A DNA stretch of 64,000 bases from Spironucleus salmonicida (lineage: Eukaryota). Positions 1 through 14,545 of the stretch are shown piece by piece. The notes under the pieces are model-generated. The model had not been told where the DNA came from. It searched no databases and saw nothing but the letters and a program-made list of their open reading frames with translations. Every line of letters begins with the position of its first letter. The first letter of the stretch is position 1. The stretch is taken from assembly GCF_000497125.1 (NCBI RefSeq), contig NC_090602.1, forward strand, positions 992,001-1,056,000. The letters are read 5' to 3'. Made by a program: the position numbers and the translations under genes.

Positions 1-3000
1 ATGAGCAAAACACTCCTTTACAGCTCGTTTTTGGTTAACAAAAACGAAGATTTGAAGCGCGATCTGCAGACCATTATCGACAAATTCAAGCAAATCTCCA
101 GCAGCCTCGTCACCAAAGCCGCGCTTTTGAGCACCGCGGAACAGACGCAGGACCAGGCGGAGGGCTAGAAAATCAAGTTTATCGAGAATTTTATCGTCAA
201 AAATCAAGTGCAGCAACTCGCCAGCGAGCTCAGCTACGCGATCGGCTGCACTGGGATTTGGCTCAAGCAGTTCGTACGGCACCACATGCCCGTGCAGTCG
301 AACACGGAGAGCGACTCGCTACATTTGATGTTCGTCAAGGTAAAATCCGATATGGAGGTGTACAAAACGAAAATCGTTGAGGCGTACAAAGATGTTCCGC
401 GAGAGAAAATCCAGAAAACGTAGCAGCAGACGCGATTTCTGGTGGACGATTTTCCAATTCTTTACCACGTGAAAAACGACTATATGACGTTCAAAAAGCA
501 CTTAATTTCGCTATTTCTGCCGTTTTTGAACAAGCGCCTTTTCAGCATTTTCCCGGTCGAATACGCCAACGCGGTGTGGCTGTGCAATTCCCTGCTGTTT
601 TTAACGCTCACGAACATGATAACGCAGCAACAAGACAACCAAATATCAACTGGCGAATTGGAGGCTTTTATGCGTATTTAGCAGCTGATGAGCAAGGACA
701 CCGTGCGGCTCATAACGAGTTACCAGCTAAGCTAAACGTTCTCGCAGACGAGTAATTTCAACCTATTGAAGCTCTACAACGAATCACAGTTGCAGAACCT
801 CTTCACGATCGACAATGTGAAACAAATCATCCCCGAAATCTGCTCAATTTCGTCCTAGCTCCAATTCGCGTGGCTGCAGCTCAACATCATCGCCAGGTAC
901 TCAAAACAGATGCACCAGTCGATGCCCTGGTTCATAACGAACCATGCGAGCCTTGTCAGCCTGTGCTAGGTCAACAACCCGTTTCTGGGTATCATTTACT
1001 ACTTTGCAAGCAAGAACCCGCTGGCCCAGAGCGGGTACAACGACTTCCTGAATCAACAGTTTAAGATCATCGAGACGAGCAAAACCAAGCTCATCGAGGT
1101 GCCCCCGAACTTCCGCGTCCCGGACGCGGTTGTGTTCTATCTAGGCTTCTGCATGGCAATAGCACTGAAGCCGGAGAGCATTTTGGACAACATGGAGCTC
1201 ATGGCGCAATCGATGTCGAACCTGTTCGGCTCCAGTCCGCTGTAGCTTAAATTTAGCGCGCAGGCTAACGCAGGGACGAATTCGACTGCAATTTTGACGT
1301 GCGAGGATGCGAATTTGGTTCTCACAGCCATCCAGTGCGAGGTGTTCGTTAAGCCTAGTTTCGACCAGCTGCTGGCGTTGCTGGGCCAGGCTACTGAGGT
1401 CGATAATGCGCCGTTCCTGTCGGATAACGTTTTCTCGACATACAACCTCATCGCTTTGGCATTTTAGAAGCTCATTTCGTACGAAAATCGCGATAACAGC
1501 GTCCAGTCGCCTTTGAGCGTAAGCGTAATTTATTATGATTCGTGCTTCCAGCCTGATTAATTTCTGTTTTTCTGCTACAAAACGCTGCCAGCATGTTACA
1601 AGCTGCCTGCTAAGCTTTTTTAGGTCAAGAATTTGACACAGAGTCTGGCGATGAATTTTGCAACCGTTTTAAACGTAAATCCGGAGATGGACGGCCAGTA
1701 AACCCTGCAGTCAGTTATCGATCTCGTTAAAATTAAATCTTCTTTGTTGCGATTTAACCTACTGTATCCTATTTTCATATTGATTCCGTCGTCTAATTAG
1801 AGCATAAGTTTGAATAAATATTAGTAGCAGGGCGCGTTGACGTCAAATTAGGATGATTTTTCTAATAAACTAGCAGATTTGCAAAATTTACAGAAGCTAA
1901 ACTACATATATTTGCAGAAACCGTAAACTCTGAAACAAGCTTTTTTGCATGTTTTCTGTGTCAGCCAAATTTCAGTAAATGACCAGATTAACTAAAGAAT
2001 TAGAAAGTTTAACAATATAGTTTCGCTGAGAGGATTTTTAATATTCTGCTACCGATACGCATTAACAATTACAAGAATTACATCGAATTTCAGGGACTAG
2101 CAAATTATTTCTATCATGACATTAATCTACAACAAAACTATAAGTTCAACCACAGCTTTAGGTTCAAATACCCCGTTTTTAGTACAGGCATCTGCAGATT
2201 TGCTATTTTTCTCATAGGATTAGCTTATATCATTTGACTAAATTGATACAAAAGTTTAGAACTTATCTGAGAGAAATGGTAAAAGCTTAATTTTCAATAA
2301 CTATGCGTTATTAGATGTATTTTTACCTTCATCTCTCGCAGTTTCAACTTCAAAATCAAGAGGAATTGATCAAAAAATTAAATCTTAGATGAATGTTAAG
2401 ATTACAGAAGAGGAGGATGAAGATATTGATAGTGATAATATAAGTGAATCTAGTAGAGCATAATCAATAGCATCATCACACAAGAGTGCGGCTTCAGAGT
2501 TATCAGACGATGAAGGTGAAGACTTTGATGATTCAATGTCCATGTTTAGTCAAAAGAGTTCTATGACAAGTAAAAGCTCTGTCAGTACGGTTAGTGCAGT
2601 TAGTACGGCAAGTAGTATTAATTCTACAACGTTTAATAGATTTGATTAATAAGATGCTGGAGATAAAATTATAGAATAGAATATTTACACTAATCTGCTT
2701 ACAACTTTGAGCTTATAGGCAGGAAAATTATTCAAATACACTGATTAAACCTAATTAGAGAAATCAATTGAATTTCTAATCATGCCTAAAGAACGTAAAA
2801 CAAGAATATTTAACGTTAAGGACGAGCATATTGATATTGATGAAGAATTTTCAGATTATAGTAGAAAAAGTGACACAGTTAATCAAAAATAGGCACTTTA
2901 GATTCCGAAAGTTGTTAATTACGAATAATTATTCAAATTTATATAGTAGTTAGATGTATATACTGCGAATCCAACATTTAAATAATAATAATAAATGCAA

Positions 3001-3852
3001 TTACCGAATAATTAACTAATTGTAAGGCGAGTATTTTCATCATAGATACTGTAAAATGTTATATCTGAATTAAAATTATCAGAACATCATTAAGTATAGT
3101 AAAATTCTGATTTAGAAAAGATGCCAGATTAGCTGAAAACTTATCTTCAAACGTTAAATTCCTTTTAATAAATTAACTTTTAATAAGTATCTAATTATTT
3201 AGATCCAGATATCTTACACGAAAATTTGCTTAACATATAAGTAATGATGGATCATAATTTAGTACTAGGTACTCGAGGCTTCGGATCATTTTCTACTCAT
3301 TGGATTTTATCTGCAACAGTGTTTGCACCTATTTTAGGCGATCTATTCTATTTCTTGAAAATGTAAAATTCAACAATATCTAACGCATCTCTAGATAGAC
3401 AACGTGTTATTATCTCAACAGAAATACCATATAAATAGCCAAAAGTACTAGATGATGGCTCAATAGATTTCGGAAAGCCCAGTGATGTTAATGAAAAAGA
3501 AAAATCACTTCAGCCTTTCTACTTAATATTAAGAAACTTTGAACTAGTAGGTTTGAGTTATGACCTAGTTAACAATACTGTGTGTGATATGACCCCTGAA
3601 AGTGTATAAGGATATTGTTAAAGTTTTGATTTATATGCATGTGTTTGTGTTATTGACTCTTGGTAAACGGGTACACATGATAGTAAAATTTAAGGGGATA
3701 ATAAGCATCTGAAAGTATGTAATAGTTATGTGCCTATCCCGATGAAAATAGGTGGTTATGTAAGACCAATTGTGTTTTTATAAAATAAAACAAAACTACC
3801 CAGCGAAGAATTTGTTAAAAGGGGTGCATTCTTTGCAATTAAAGGAATATGA
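1..3852 (+). CDS. Large hypothetical protein (~1283 aa; may extend 5' of the window)
   Basis: ATG at 1 and TGA at 3850-3852 are in the same frame. Track fragments 208..423 and 442..681 are in this frame and are joined by TAG/TAA=Gln. Acidic/Ser-rich tract at ~2400-2640. No family recognised. Confidence 0.75.
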
Positions 3853-4542
3853 GTGATATTCAAGTATTGAGAACATATTAAGCTTCAGCTTATCAATAAT
3901 TATTTTGCTTCATGTAAAATGTTAATATTAATTTATAATAAGATTATAATTTTTATAAAAATATTTTTAAGGTGAGATACTTTAAATATAAGTAATCATA
4001 TATTATTGAAAATCAGCAAATAAGTTAATTACTCCTCAAATATCTGGATTATTTGGTATACGTATTTTATAATAAATATTTATCATAGTATATTAGTAAT
4101 CTAATTTTCTTAAAAACTCTCACCTATACGAAAAAATCGTAAATAAACTATTGCTAATTACTTACTATAATATTATTTAATGTGCTAGTTCATAAAAACT
4201 AAAAACGTATATTTAGTAGTAAACTGTAACAAAGTAATTATGTCTTACTGTTAATAATTCTAACAAACAATTATATTATAATAATTAGCCTTTTAGTTTA
4301 GATTCACAAATATATGTTAAGCAATAAAGAGTGCGTTTAGTCATTATTCATCAAATTTATGAAAATAGTTAAACTTAAACTTCGCTTTTATTTAAATATA
4401 CGTAATATTATGTAATATTCAAAAAAAATAAATTATTTGTTTTATACATAAATGCTAATCCTTGTAAATATGGTATACCCCATTTTTAATTTAGTTTTAA
4501 TACATGTAATTTAATCTTATAATATGTTTACAATTAAACTAA

Positions 4543-4809
4543 ATGTAGCGATATATTCGATGGACACCGGATGAAGATGCACTGTTATAATAATTAACAG
4601 TACGTTTACCAGTGTCTTGGAAAAGCATATCTACCAAATTAAATCGAAAACCTAGACAATGTTATGATAGATATATTTACATAAGAAAAGGTAGAAAGTT
4701 GTCTACTTTTGCAGAATAATTTGATTATTCTAGTAATATCATTCGTGAAGGTCCTTCAGACTGGTTAGCATTCTATTCTCTAAAGTTTATCTAAGAGAGA
4801 TTGATTTGA
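4543..4809 (+). CDS. Myb/SANT-like DNA-binding protein (88 aa)
   Basis: MQRYIRWTPDEDALLQQLTVRLPVSWKSISTKLNRKPRQCYDRY: W-T-x-E-D, W-x-x-I and QC-x-x-R-Y Myb repeat signature. Confidence 0.85.
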
Positions 4810-5497
4810 ATAATTTATTTGACAAAAATATATATTATAAACTATATTTATTATTCTTCAAATAATGATGTTTGCCTAATTCTTCCACCCTTCTTAAAGC
4901 TTTTTAACGGAACTGGAATTAATATATTAATATGTAGTTAATAGATCAGATACTGTATATCTATTAAAATATATTTCAGTAACTATTTGAACAATAAAAA
5001 ATGTAGCACGTTATATTTAACGAAGTAGAACCATAGATCTACTTATTAGTACTTAATTTAACATATATTCTTTTAATTTATAGAATATTATCAATACTAA
5101 CGTAATTTTTATCAGCCTTATGCTTGATTTAATCCAAAAGAAAATAAGCTTTGCCATGAAAATATTATTTTCAAATAGATAATTTTACTATTTAGATAAG
5201 ATATTAATAGTTCATATAATATTTAAAGAATGGAGGGCAGTAAGTTAACTAACATATAAATACATTCTTATTTCAACGAAAGCAAGCCATAGCAACGTTA
5301 ATTGAGATAAATAACTTCCTTAATATAGAGTATTATATTCATAATAGCTGTATGTTCAAGTATGTAAAATATGTTCGGAGTTTTTTATTTATTTTAATAA
5401 AATATTAATTAAATAATAACTATACATTAACTTTAATTTTGGATCACTACTATTTACTATTCATATACTAAACAATATTTAACTAATAGATAAAGAT

Positions 5498-6492
5498 TCA
5501 GATTGCATATTAGGTTGATCCACTTCCATTTATTAAGGCACCTTTGCTGGACTTTTTAATTAGTTTTATTATAATGAATATAACAAAAATAGATATCGAA
5601 ATACCTGCTATAACTCCCAAAGTTATTCCTATTATAGCACCAGTAGAAATAAGTTATGGCGACTATGGTGGTTCTACTATAAGTTACTAGGCTAGTTATT
5701 CTTATATGAATGCCTGATTAGTAATATAATCAGAATTCTTAAGTAAAGTTTCGATTTTTACTATGCGGCCCTGCTCGTTCATGGTTTTGAGTCCGTAGAG
5801 GTCCTGCAGATAGACGTCGGTGTGCTCCATATCCACAATTTCAGTGCTGCTGCCGTTCTTGAAGAAGCCGAGGAACGAGCTCTGCCAGGGGCGTATGATC
5901 TCGTCTTTGGGCGAGGCAAACATAACCAATTTGTCTATCGACATAAAATTGGTTTTTACTTGCTGGCTGAATTCTCGCTCGTTGTTGATCACCGGGAGCG
6001 CGAGGGCACCCTTTACGTATTTATCGTACGCGGTCGGGTCTCGCCAATAATTAGATGTAGCAATTGATGATTACACTGGACTTTAGTATATTATATCAGC
6101 TTGAATACCGGCAAACCCTAGTTTGCAATCTATTTCAGTGTTACAATAGTTTCCAGCTAGTGGACTACCAAGAGTAACGAATCTTATCATCTTTACATTA
6201 ATATGAGAACGCATTTATAGATAATATCTCATAATAAATCCACCCTACTAGTGTCCTAAACCTATAAATCCATCTTTAGTTTCATTATGACTTTCTATAC
6301 ATTATGCTAGTTAATCTGCTTACTATTATATTGGTAGATTTAATGAGTTTTATACCCCATTTCCAATTTCACAATTAAAAAAATTAGGTTCTATTCTTCT
6401 AGCCATTTTTTCATATTATCTAATGCTGATGCATCCATGGATAATCCGTGTAACAATACTATTGGTGGTTGTTAACATATGATCATAATCAT
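5498..6492 (-). pseudogene. Palmitoyl-protein thioesterase-like paralog A; catalytically degenerate, with a 1-nt frameshift (possible sequencing error)
   Basis: PPIVLLHG...NCEIGNG...GLGHQQGG...DEIIRPWQSS plus a C-terminal TM helix. The frame shifts in the A7 run at 6377-6383 (A8 restores colinearity with paralog B). Nucleophile Ser is replaced by Gln and His by Asn. Confidence 0.7.
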
Positions 6493-9400
6493 TTTAAAAA
6501 AAGTTTAAAATAGGTTTCTATATATTTTTCTTATATTCTCGCAAATAGTATATGGTTAAATTATTGACACGAACAATAGAATATATTAGTAAAATAAATT
6601 ATACTCATATCTCAGCATATAAATGTTTATGCACTATTAAATAGTGATTTTATTTTTATAAATTTACCAAGATAGTAAAAAGAATAAAAACAGTAATCAT
6701 TATAATTTACTGCTTATTACTAATTATAGATTATTGTAAGATTTCGTATTCATACTTAATACAGTTTCATTTAACTAAATATATACAATAAAGTAACCTT
6801 ATACCTAGGATTAGCAATTTTTCACTGATATATTTACATTCCATTTATTTATAATTTATTCGAAAATCAAGCAGTAATTTTTTATAATCCATTTGTTGCT
6901 TGCATTAATATTCTTAACAAAAAATTATTGTAATGAAAAAGTCTCTTCAATGCATTCTAATATTTCTCTTAACTGTATTTAATATTAATATTTCTTTGAT
7001 ATTATGGATAATGGTTAAGTTATAATCATTAATAGACACTTCATTATCTTAGAATATATAGTTTAACCTTTCTAAATATGATGATAGGTTATATATCAGT
7101 TACCACAAATGAGTATCAAAATAGCAATTAAAATTGTAATACCAATGATTTTATCAAATATTCTAAAATTTCACAAATAGAAAATTCATATAAATTAAAT
7201 CTTGTATTTTGCATAATAAGAATCATAAAAATTCATTAATGCTACAACCCATATTATAAAACGTATATTTATATTCGAAGTAACTGCTGATAGAATTTAC
7301 ACATATACCGCATCTTATAACTTAATCTCCGTTAAAAGAAATCTATATAATATTTAAACATATCCTTTAAAATTAAATTTCTGCTAGCTATTTATCCAGA
7401 AGTCGTATAATATAAACAACATAATCTGTAATAGAGATATATAAAGCTGTAGTTTTGAAATAATTTCATAATTAAGGCTTTGTAACGAAGATTTGTATCA
7501 CATATATTCTTCTGCGTTAACTCTCATCAATAATAACTGCAAAAAAATGATGAATGCATAAACTGATAATTAAAAAGTCTACACAAGTAACTGTTTGCGT
7601 ATATTTATATCAGCTTATATAATTGTCAAAGGTTTTAAAGTTAGACACCATATGCGTTATAAATTTTTTCAGTTGTACCTGTTTAAAACATAGATTTAGG
7701 AGGAAGTAGTTTGTAGTTAAAAATACAATCCATATTAATTATGAACCTATAAAACAAATATAACAAACTAGTAATATAATTTTAACATAGCTTACTTCCC
7801 TAATTGTAATTATTATTATAATTAAAATGCAATCTTTTTTTGCTACAACCTGAAGTAATGTAAATGTTATAATATTATTACTTAAATAATGCATTCAACA
7901 TAATTTACAGATTAGCATCTCTAGAATTTGTAATCCATCCAAATAACCGATCGTGAAAAATATATCTAACTGTACTTTTGCAATATTTCTTAAGGAAATT
8001 TATATACTAATAACTTATTCCAGATCAACGCAATTCAGAACGAAAATTCATGATTTCCCAATGTACCAATTAGTTGATAATATTTAAAGATGACAGATTC
8101 GCTATACCTGATGAACCTGTTATCTTAACTGATACAGCTAAATAATCTTAGAATAATTTGGGCTTTAGTAATATCAGAATCATCATATATTCATTATTAA
8201 TACGTGTATTGAAGTTAATTCAGATAATAATTAATTCTAAAGCTACATAAGATATTAAGTATCTAAGTGTGCAAAATAACAACAAATTTGCTATTTTTTA
8301 TTCATGTGTATAAAATATATGCATCATAATTATACTGTGCACTATTTCACTCTAGTATAATTGCTAGATTTCATGTTAATATAACTATAAAAGTCAGTGT
8401 AACTATTAATCCATATGATATGAGTACAAATTATAAGGTTTGTCATTTTTCTATGCCATGTAATCGAAAATTTCAACAGAAAATCTAGTTATCAAGAGTA
8501 CATGAAAGTATTCACAAAATATAATAATAAAAACGCATGAAAGACTGATACAAGGGTTGCATCTTACTATCATCAATAATTCTTAAAATATGTTCCAATT
8601 TATTATAATATTATTAACATTACTGATATATAAATTTAGAAAACCAGATGCCCCACGTATCTTACATTCAATTATATTATTAGATTTAATTGCGTAGATC
8701 CTTTTGATTAATTTTGTTTATAATATATAACATATGGATATATTAATGTTTTATAAGTTATTATAATCGTTATCGGTTTGGTCAAAGTATTTGGATAACT
8801 GGTAGGATAACCAAAATTAAAATTTAAGATAACCCTGAAATTTAAACATAAATTTATGTCATTTATTTTTTATTAAATTATTTAATAGGTGATGGATGCA
8901 TTTTTGTTTTATGCAGAATTAGTATAATTTATTAACTAATTTTATTTAGTATATAATAATAAATATAAGATATAATATCATTATGAGTAACAACTTTAAT
9001 AATGTTATTATAGTGATAACTAAAAATGAAAGAACGATTCCAAACTCTTACCTATTAGTTATAGAATATAAGATTAAATCAAATTTAGTTAATAAAAATC
9101 CAATTTCGTATTGAACTTATTATATTCTGTATTGAGTCAATTTTATTGATAAATTTATTAACACTAAGATGAATATAACTTTTACTTCTAGATTTATTAC
9201 AAAAAGTTTATTATAGAAAGTAATATGTATATTTTATATTGTAGGCACTAATTTCGCGAAAAATAAAGCATCTACTAATAATAAATATTACCATCAAATC
9301 TCATGCACCACAAGATACTATACTATATTACTTAAATATAGGTGCCAAAATTTAGTAGCTGATTAATTGATTTTTCCAGCATACATATTTGTTTTGCACT

Positions 9401-10975
9401 CAAATATTGATTGTTGACTTTTACTTACGCTTAATGAAAATGTTAGTATAAATTTAACAAATTTAGGTCATTATTAATAGCTACAATTTATAATTAGTTA
9501 ATTTATTCTTAATTAGTTAGTATATTCAGATTTAACTCTGATAACAGATAAATTTTAATAATTTGTTTATTAATAAATTGAGACAATATTATAGGATTAA
9601 TATTTATTCCCTAAAAATGTAATGCATGTTTTCTTTTATGATTAAATTATATCATACTATAATTTTTTACTATTTTTTACTTAATTCCTGTTGGTATATG
9701 CTCTTTCACTATTAATACTTAATGTTTAACCAAAAAATATATTTATATATGTAAACACATTCTAAATTTAAGTAATATACTATATATTAAACAATTATAA
9801 GTAATATATTAGAAAAAATTATTTGGTTATCTAAGCATAAAAAGTTTACTTCAGTTGGATTTACTATTAATATTAAAACACTATAGATTATTTATTTACT
9901 AATATTGATATAATTACTTTCGCAGTAAATATAGTATTATAGTTTATAGTAATGTATATATTAAACAATTGACTATATTGTTAGACTTAAAAAAAATTAT
10001 TACGATCTAAATTATTACTTTGATTTATTCTTAGTGAACCTATGTAAGTATTTCTTGATTATATTGACCAGATATTTAAAAAAATAGTTATTAGAAAAAT
10101 TCCTATTGAAATTATACAAAGTATAAATAATTTTAGTAACAAAAGCAGGATAATATATTAATGGTTATCTTCTTGTAATAATCATCAAAGTATTGTGTTT
10201 CTCAAGATTTAAACAATTACACTTAAATACCAAATTATCTTATCTTTGTCCAGTATTACTTTCGTATTATCTGTAATACTTATTTATAAGCAAATACAGA
10301 TCTAATTATAAAATCAATGTATGACTTAATTAAGCATTAAAAGTGTCATATCATATAATAGTTGACATATTTAAGTATTTACTCTAACCTATATAACTCT
10401 AATGAAAAATCACACTGGCTTACTTAACATTTAAGAATTTAAATTTTACTAGAAAGAATACTGCAAAAATTAGATTTTATAATTTATATGATAATGCTAA
10501 AACATATTATTAATGTTAAATAATTTCGTGTAGATACATTTATTATAATCTGCATGGTAATTAATTAAATTATTATACAAAGTCTATGCATCAAAATATC
10601 TCCAATTAATTTAATAATTTACCATCTATTTTATTAGACTATAAAAACTTAACAGGATTATGTATATGAAGTTATTCTTGAATCTTTAAACAAATTATTT
10701 CGCAGAATTCAAGATATATTTTATTTAAATTATTCAATATCGTAAATTATACTCTTTTAAATTTGATACTAAATAAAAATGAAAACTTTTAACATTGGAT
10801 ATATAATTATAGCAATAACTTAAGAATACTTTTACCTCTATGTAAAATTACTATGCAATCTTTATAGTGTAACAAATCTAATTGTTTTATATAATATATA
10901 GGAGTAAAGTAAGTTATTTTTATTATTGAAATTTATAGTACTAATTATTAACCATAAAAAATAAAATTTATAAAA

Positions 10976-11968
10976 TCATATTGCTAGTTAAATCGTTTCT
11001 ATTTCCTTTGCTAATTTGGCTTTAACCTATTTCTTCATTTATTTAGCAATTAGAATAGCAATTAGTATTATGCTGAAAATCACAGTTATTACAGCCAGAA
11101 TAATTCCTACTATAGCTCCAGTTGATAATGAGGTTTATTGCTAATTATCCATTCTCAATTATCGAGCAAGGTCACCTTATACAAAGATTTAATTATTATT
11201 ATATTCAGAATGCAATGAATCAACTTCGATTTTTACTATGCGGCCCTGCTCGTTCATGGTTTTGAGTCCGTAGAGGTCCTGCAGATAGACGTCGGTGTGC
11301 TCCATATCCACAATTTCAGTGCTGCTGCCGTTCTTGAAGAAGCCGAGGAACGAGCTCTGCCAGGGGCGTATGATCTCGTCTTTGGGCGAGGCAAACATAA
11401 CCAATTTGTCTATCGACATAAAATTGGTTTTTACTTGCTGGCTGAATTCTCGCTCGTTGTTGATCACCGGGAGCGCGAGGGCACCCTTTACGTATTTATC
11501 GTACGCGGTCGGATCTCGCCAATAATTAGTAGGAGCTAATGTATTTTAAATACCTTCAAGGTAGATAAGATTAGGTGAAATCGCAGTCAATCCCAAAGTG
11601 CAGTCTTCCTTACCTTTACAGAAATAGCCAGCAAGTGGACTGGCTAGAGTAATCAGTCTAAGCATTTTTACAGAGTTGTGCGACAACATTTGAAGATAAT
11701 ATCTCATTATCATTCCACCTTGAGAATGACCTACACCTATAAACCCATTCTATATATCTTTGTGACTCTCAATACATAGAGCTAATTATTCGGCCTACCA
11801 AGAAATTGGCATATTAATAGAGTTTTGTGCACCATTTCCGATTTCACAGTTGAAAACTACGAAATTCTCTTATTCTAGCCACTATTACATTTTATCCATC
11901 GAAGAAGCACTAGCAGTTACCCCATGTAACAATACAATAGGAGGTTGAACTGCCACTAGGAGTATCAT
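10976..11968 (-). CDS. Palmitoyl-protein thioesterase (PPT1 family) with C-terminal TM anchor, paralog B (330 aa)
   Basis: PPIVLLHGV, GHSQGG nucleophile elbow, DEIIRPWQSS (Asp), VDSLHSEY (His) and a C-terminal hydrophobic helix. Frame intact in code 6. Confidence 0.9.
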
Positions 11969-12329
11969 TTTTACGTTATAGGAAATATAGGTTTCGTAAG
12001 TAGTTTTGCACTAGATAGTAATAATAAAGAATACCAATTTTATGTAAATATCGGTTAATATTAATTTAGTTTCGTTATCACTTATTTAACTTTTTAGTAA
12101 GATATTATCTATATTATAAATTTGTAGTATCAATATAATAGTGTATGGAATTTGTATGTATAAGGTTTAAAAATGAAAAATGTATTATTTTATAATAATT
12201 GTAATTGGTAATTTTATCATAAAATGTAGTGTGGTTGTATATCTTAATGAATGTGCAAATATATAATTGTGATGATTAATAAAGTGGTTTAGCATACATA
12301 GTTATAGGTAAATAAATTTGTCTATACTT

Positions 12330-13820
12330 TCACTTTGTCTACCTACGTCTCTTTTAGCTCCTCATAAACTTTATTGAGAAAATAATGCCTGTGATCGAAA
12401 TGTAGCAGCTTAGGATCAGGAAACTACCTCCAAATACGCACGCAATCATCAAAGTGTAGTCGAACCGTATTCGCCTGACATCATCCACTACAATTTGGTA
12501 CGAGTTCCCTCCTAGTTCCATCGTCAGAATGTACTCATCCTGCGCAAAGAACGAAGGATGCGTGGACGAAAATTCTATCCTGACCAGGTCATTGTTAAAC
12601 TCAGCTTCCAGGCGCAGCTGCTCATTAGCGTTGTTCTTGATCAAAAATACTGCGTCTCCGAACTCGCACTTACCATTCTGAAACAAAGTCAACCTGAGCC
12701 ACCGCGTGTTGTGGACAGTGCCGGCAGCCTTCGTCCAGCAGGTCGATATTGCCTGCGGGGTTATCTTGTAGAGGGACTTCAGGGAACCATCAGTGTCCTC
12801 TGACAGCACGTCGACGTTGATATCATCGAACTTCTGTCCTCTTACAAGCTACGAGCATATGCTTATAGTCTCTAGATTTTGCTGGTCACATCTAATTTCC
12901 AAGGTCTGCCCTTGTGTAATAGCTTAATCGTATATCAGTGAGAACTGATGAACAGTATTATTAAGCAATATTCCAAGTTTTACTGTTGTCAGATAGCCAA
13001 TAGTTTTAAGATACTGGGGATACAGGGCATTGTTATACTCAAAATTAAGGTAAAATTTATTATTCCAAAATCCTACTGTAGCATTTGTGAAGAAATCAAC
13101 GGTAGTTTACAGATTAATCTTACCTATATTTTATTAAAAATTTATTGAATCTCCACTTTAGCTGCTTACAAATACAAGCTCGCCATACAGAAAAGGTGTT
13201 GATACTATTAACTATTAGACATTCATATTGAATGTTAGGGTCTATTAACTTACATTATAGTCGAATCCTGCTAAATCAAGATCCCCAAGGAACCCATTAA
13301 GGTTGAACTGAATTTTTGTAAGAAAATTATCTACACCTGGTGCCGCTAATGTCATTTAGTTAGCACATATACCAGTGGGGTTCACAGTTACAGTAATACT
13401 GTCTCGGGATACTTATGCCCGCGAGTCTCTTTAATAGCATAATTGAAGATTTGATCTTTGCAGCAAAAAATCTCGCATTTTGATGGTAATTATGTGACCA
13501 TAGGTGTAGATATCAAGTTAAGATATATGAACTTAAGTAAGTGTTACTCCGGTAGGAAGCACTGCGAGAAACCTAATAGTTTTAGTATTTTCATAAGAAA
13601 AATCATCTAATGTCTATACAGCCATTGGAACTGTTGAACCAAGGGGACTATTTATCGTTAAGTTTACTTGAACCCCTGGAGGCATTACATCGCATAGTGG
13701 GTTATTTAGGGAGATAAGAGTGACAAAGTATTAATTTGAATTGGTAAAATATTATACTGTTGATGATTCAGAATAACAGTTATCAAGTAAGGTTTAAAAA
13801 AGTTAAAGTATAATTATCAT
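12330..13820 (-). CDS. Type I membrane protein (496 aa), family not recognised
   Basis: Short hydrophobic N-terminus MIIILQLFQTLLDNCYSESS, C-terminal TM helix LMIACVFGGSFLILSCYISITGIIFSI and a basic tail; ends AAG TGA. Confidence 0.8.
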
Positions 13821-14351
13821 TTTCTAAAAAATCGAACTAATTAAAATAGTTATGTATTATTCTATAAATAATTTTTAAAACTATACGATCTATTGGTTTT
13901 TGAGTCTATATAATTATAAAATTGAACCTTTTTAATTTAGATTAAAATAACATTAACTAATTTATAATATTATTATAGTTTATTTATATAAAATTAATGA
14001 AAATGTTATTTACAAATTAGTAGATTTTATACAATAAGACCCTTAGAACTAAGCATTTTAATTGGCATAATATTACTGTGATATCATATAGGAAATTATC
14101 GCATAGTTATTTTTACCTATTTAATTATATATAAATCATTTAATGATTTTTTTTGTTGGATCTCGAAATACCTTTAGATTTCGTACGCGTATTACACAGC
14201 CTTCGTAAGCAAAATAAAAGTTGAAGATTAATAAATTATTAAATGCTTAGCAAAATTACTTTCACTAGTAATTACTAGTGATTATATAGTTTATTTAATT
14301 TTTAAATAAATATTAACCTTTCTGATTATCTCCCACTTCCAATTCCTAGAA

Positions 14352-14525
14352 ATGAAGCTGGAATCAGCCCCACCTGCTGGCGTAAAGCCTGTCATTATGA
14401 GTGAATAGGAATTATTGAAATAATAATAACTTGCAGCAAATGAACTCATGGAGTAAGAATTACTCCAGAATGGCGTGGATGCTGAGACGATGAAGCTCAA
14501 CTCTATCGTGGACGAGTGGAAGTGA
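14352..14525 (+). CDS. Small acidic hypothetical protein (57 aa)
   Basis: MKLESAPPAGVKPVIMSEQELLKQQQLAANELMEQELLQNGVDAETMKLNSIVDEWK*; C-rich tract just upstream; ends AAG TGA. Confidence 0.6.
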
Positions 14526-14545
14526 TGGTTTTTAATATCATTCGC

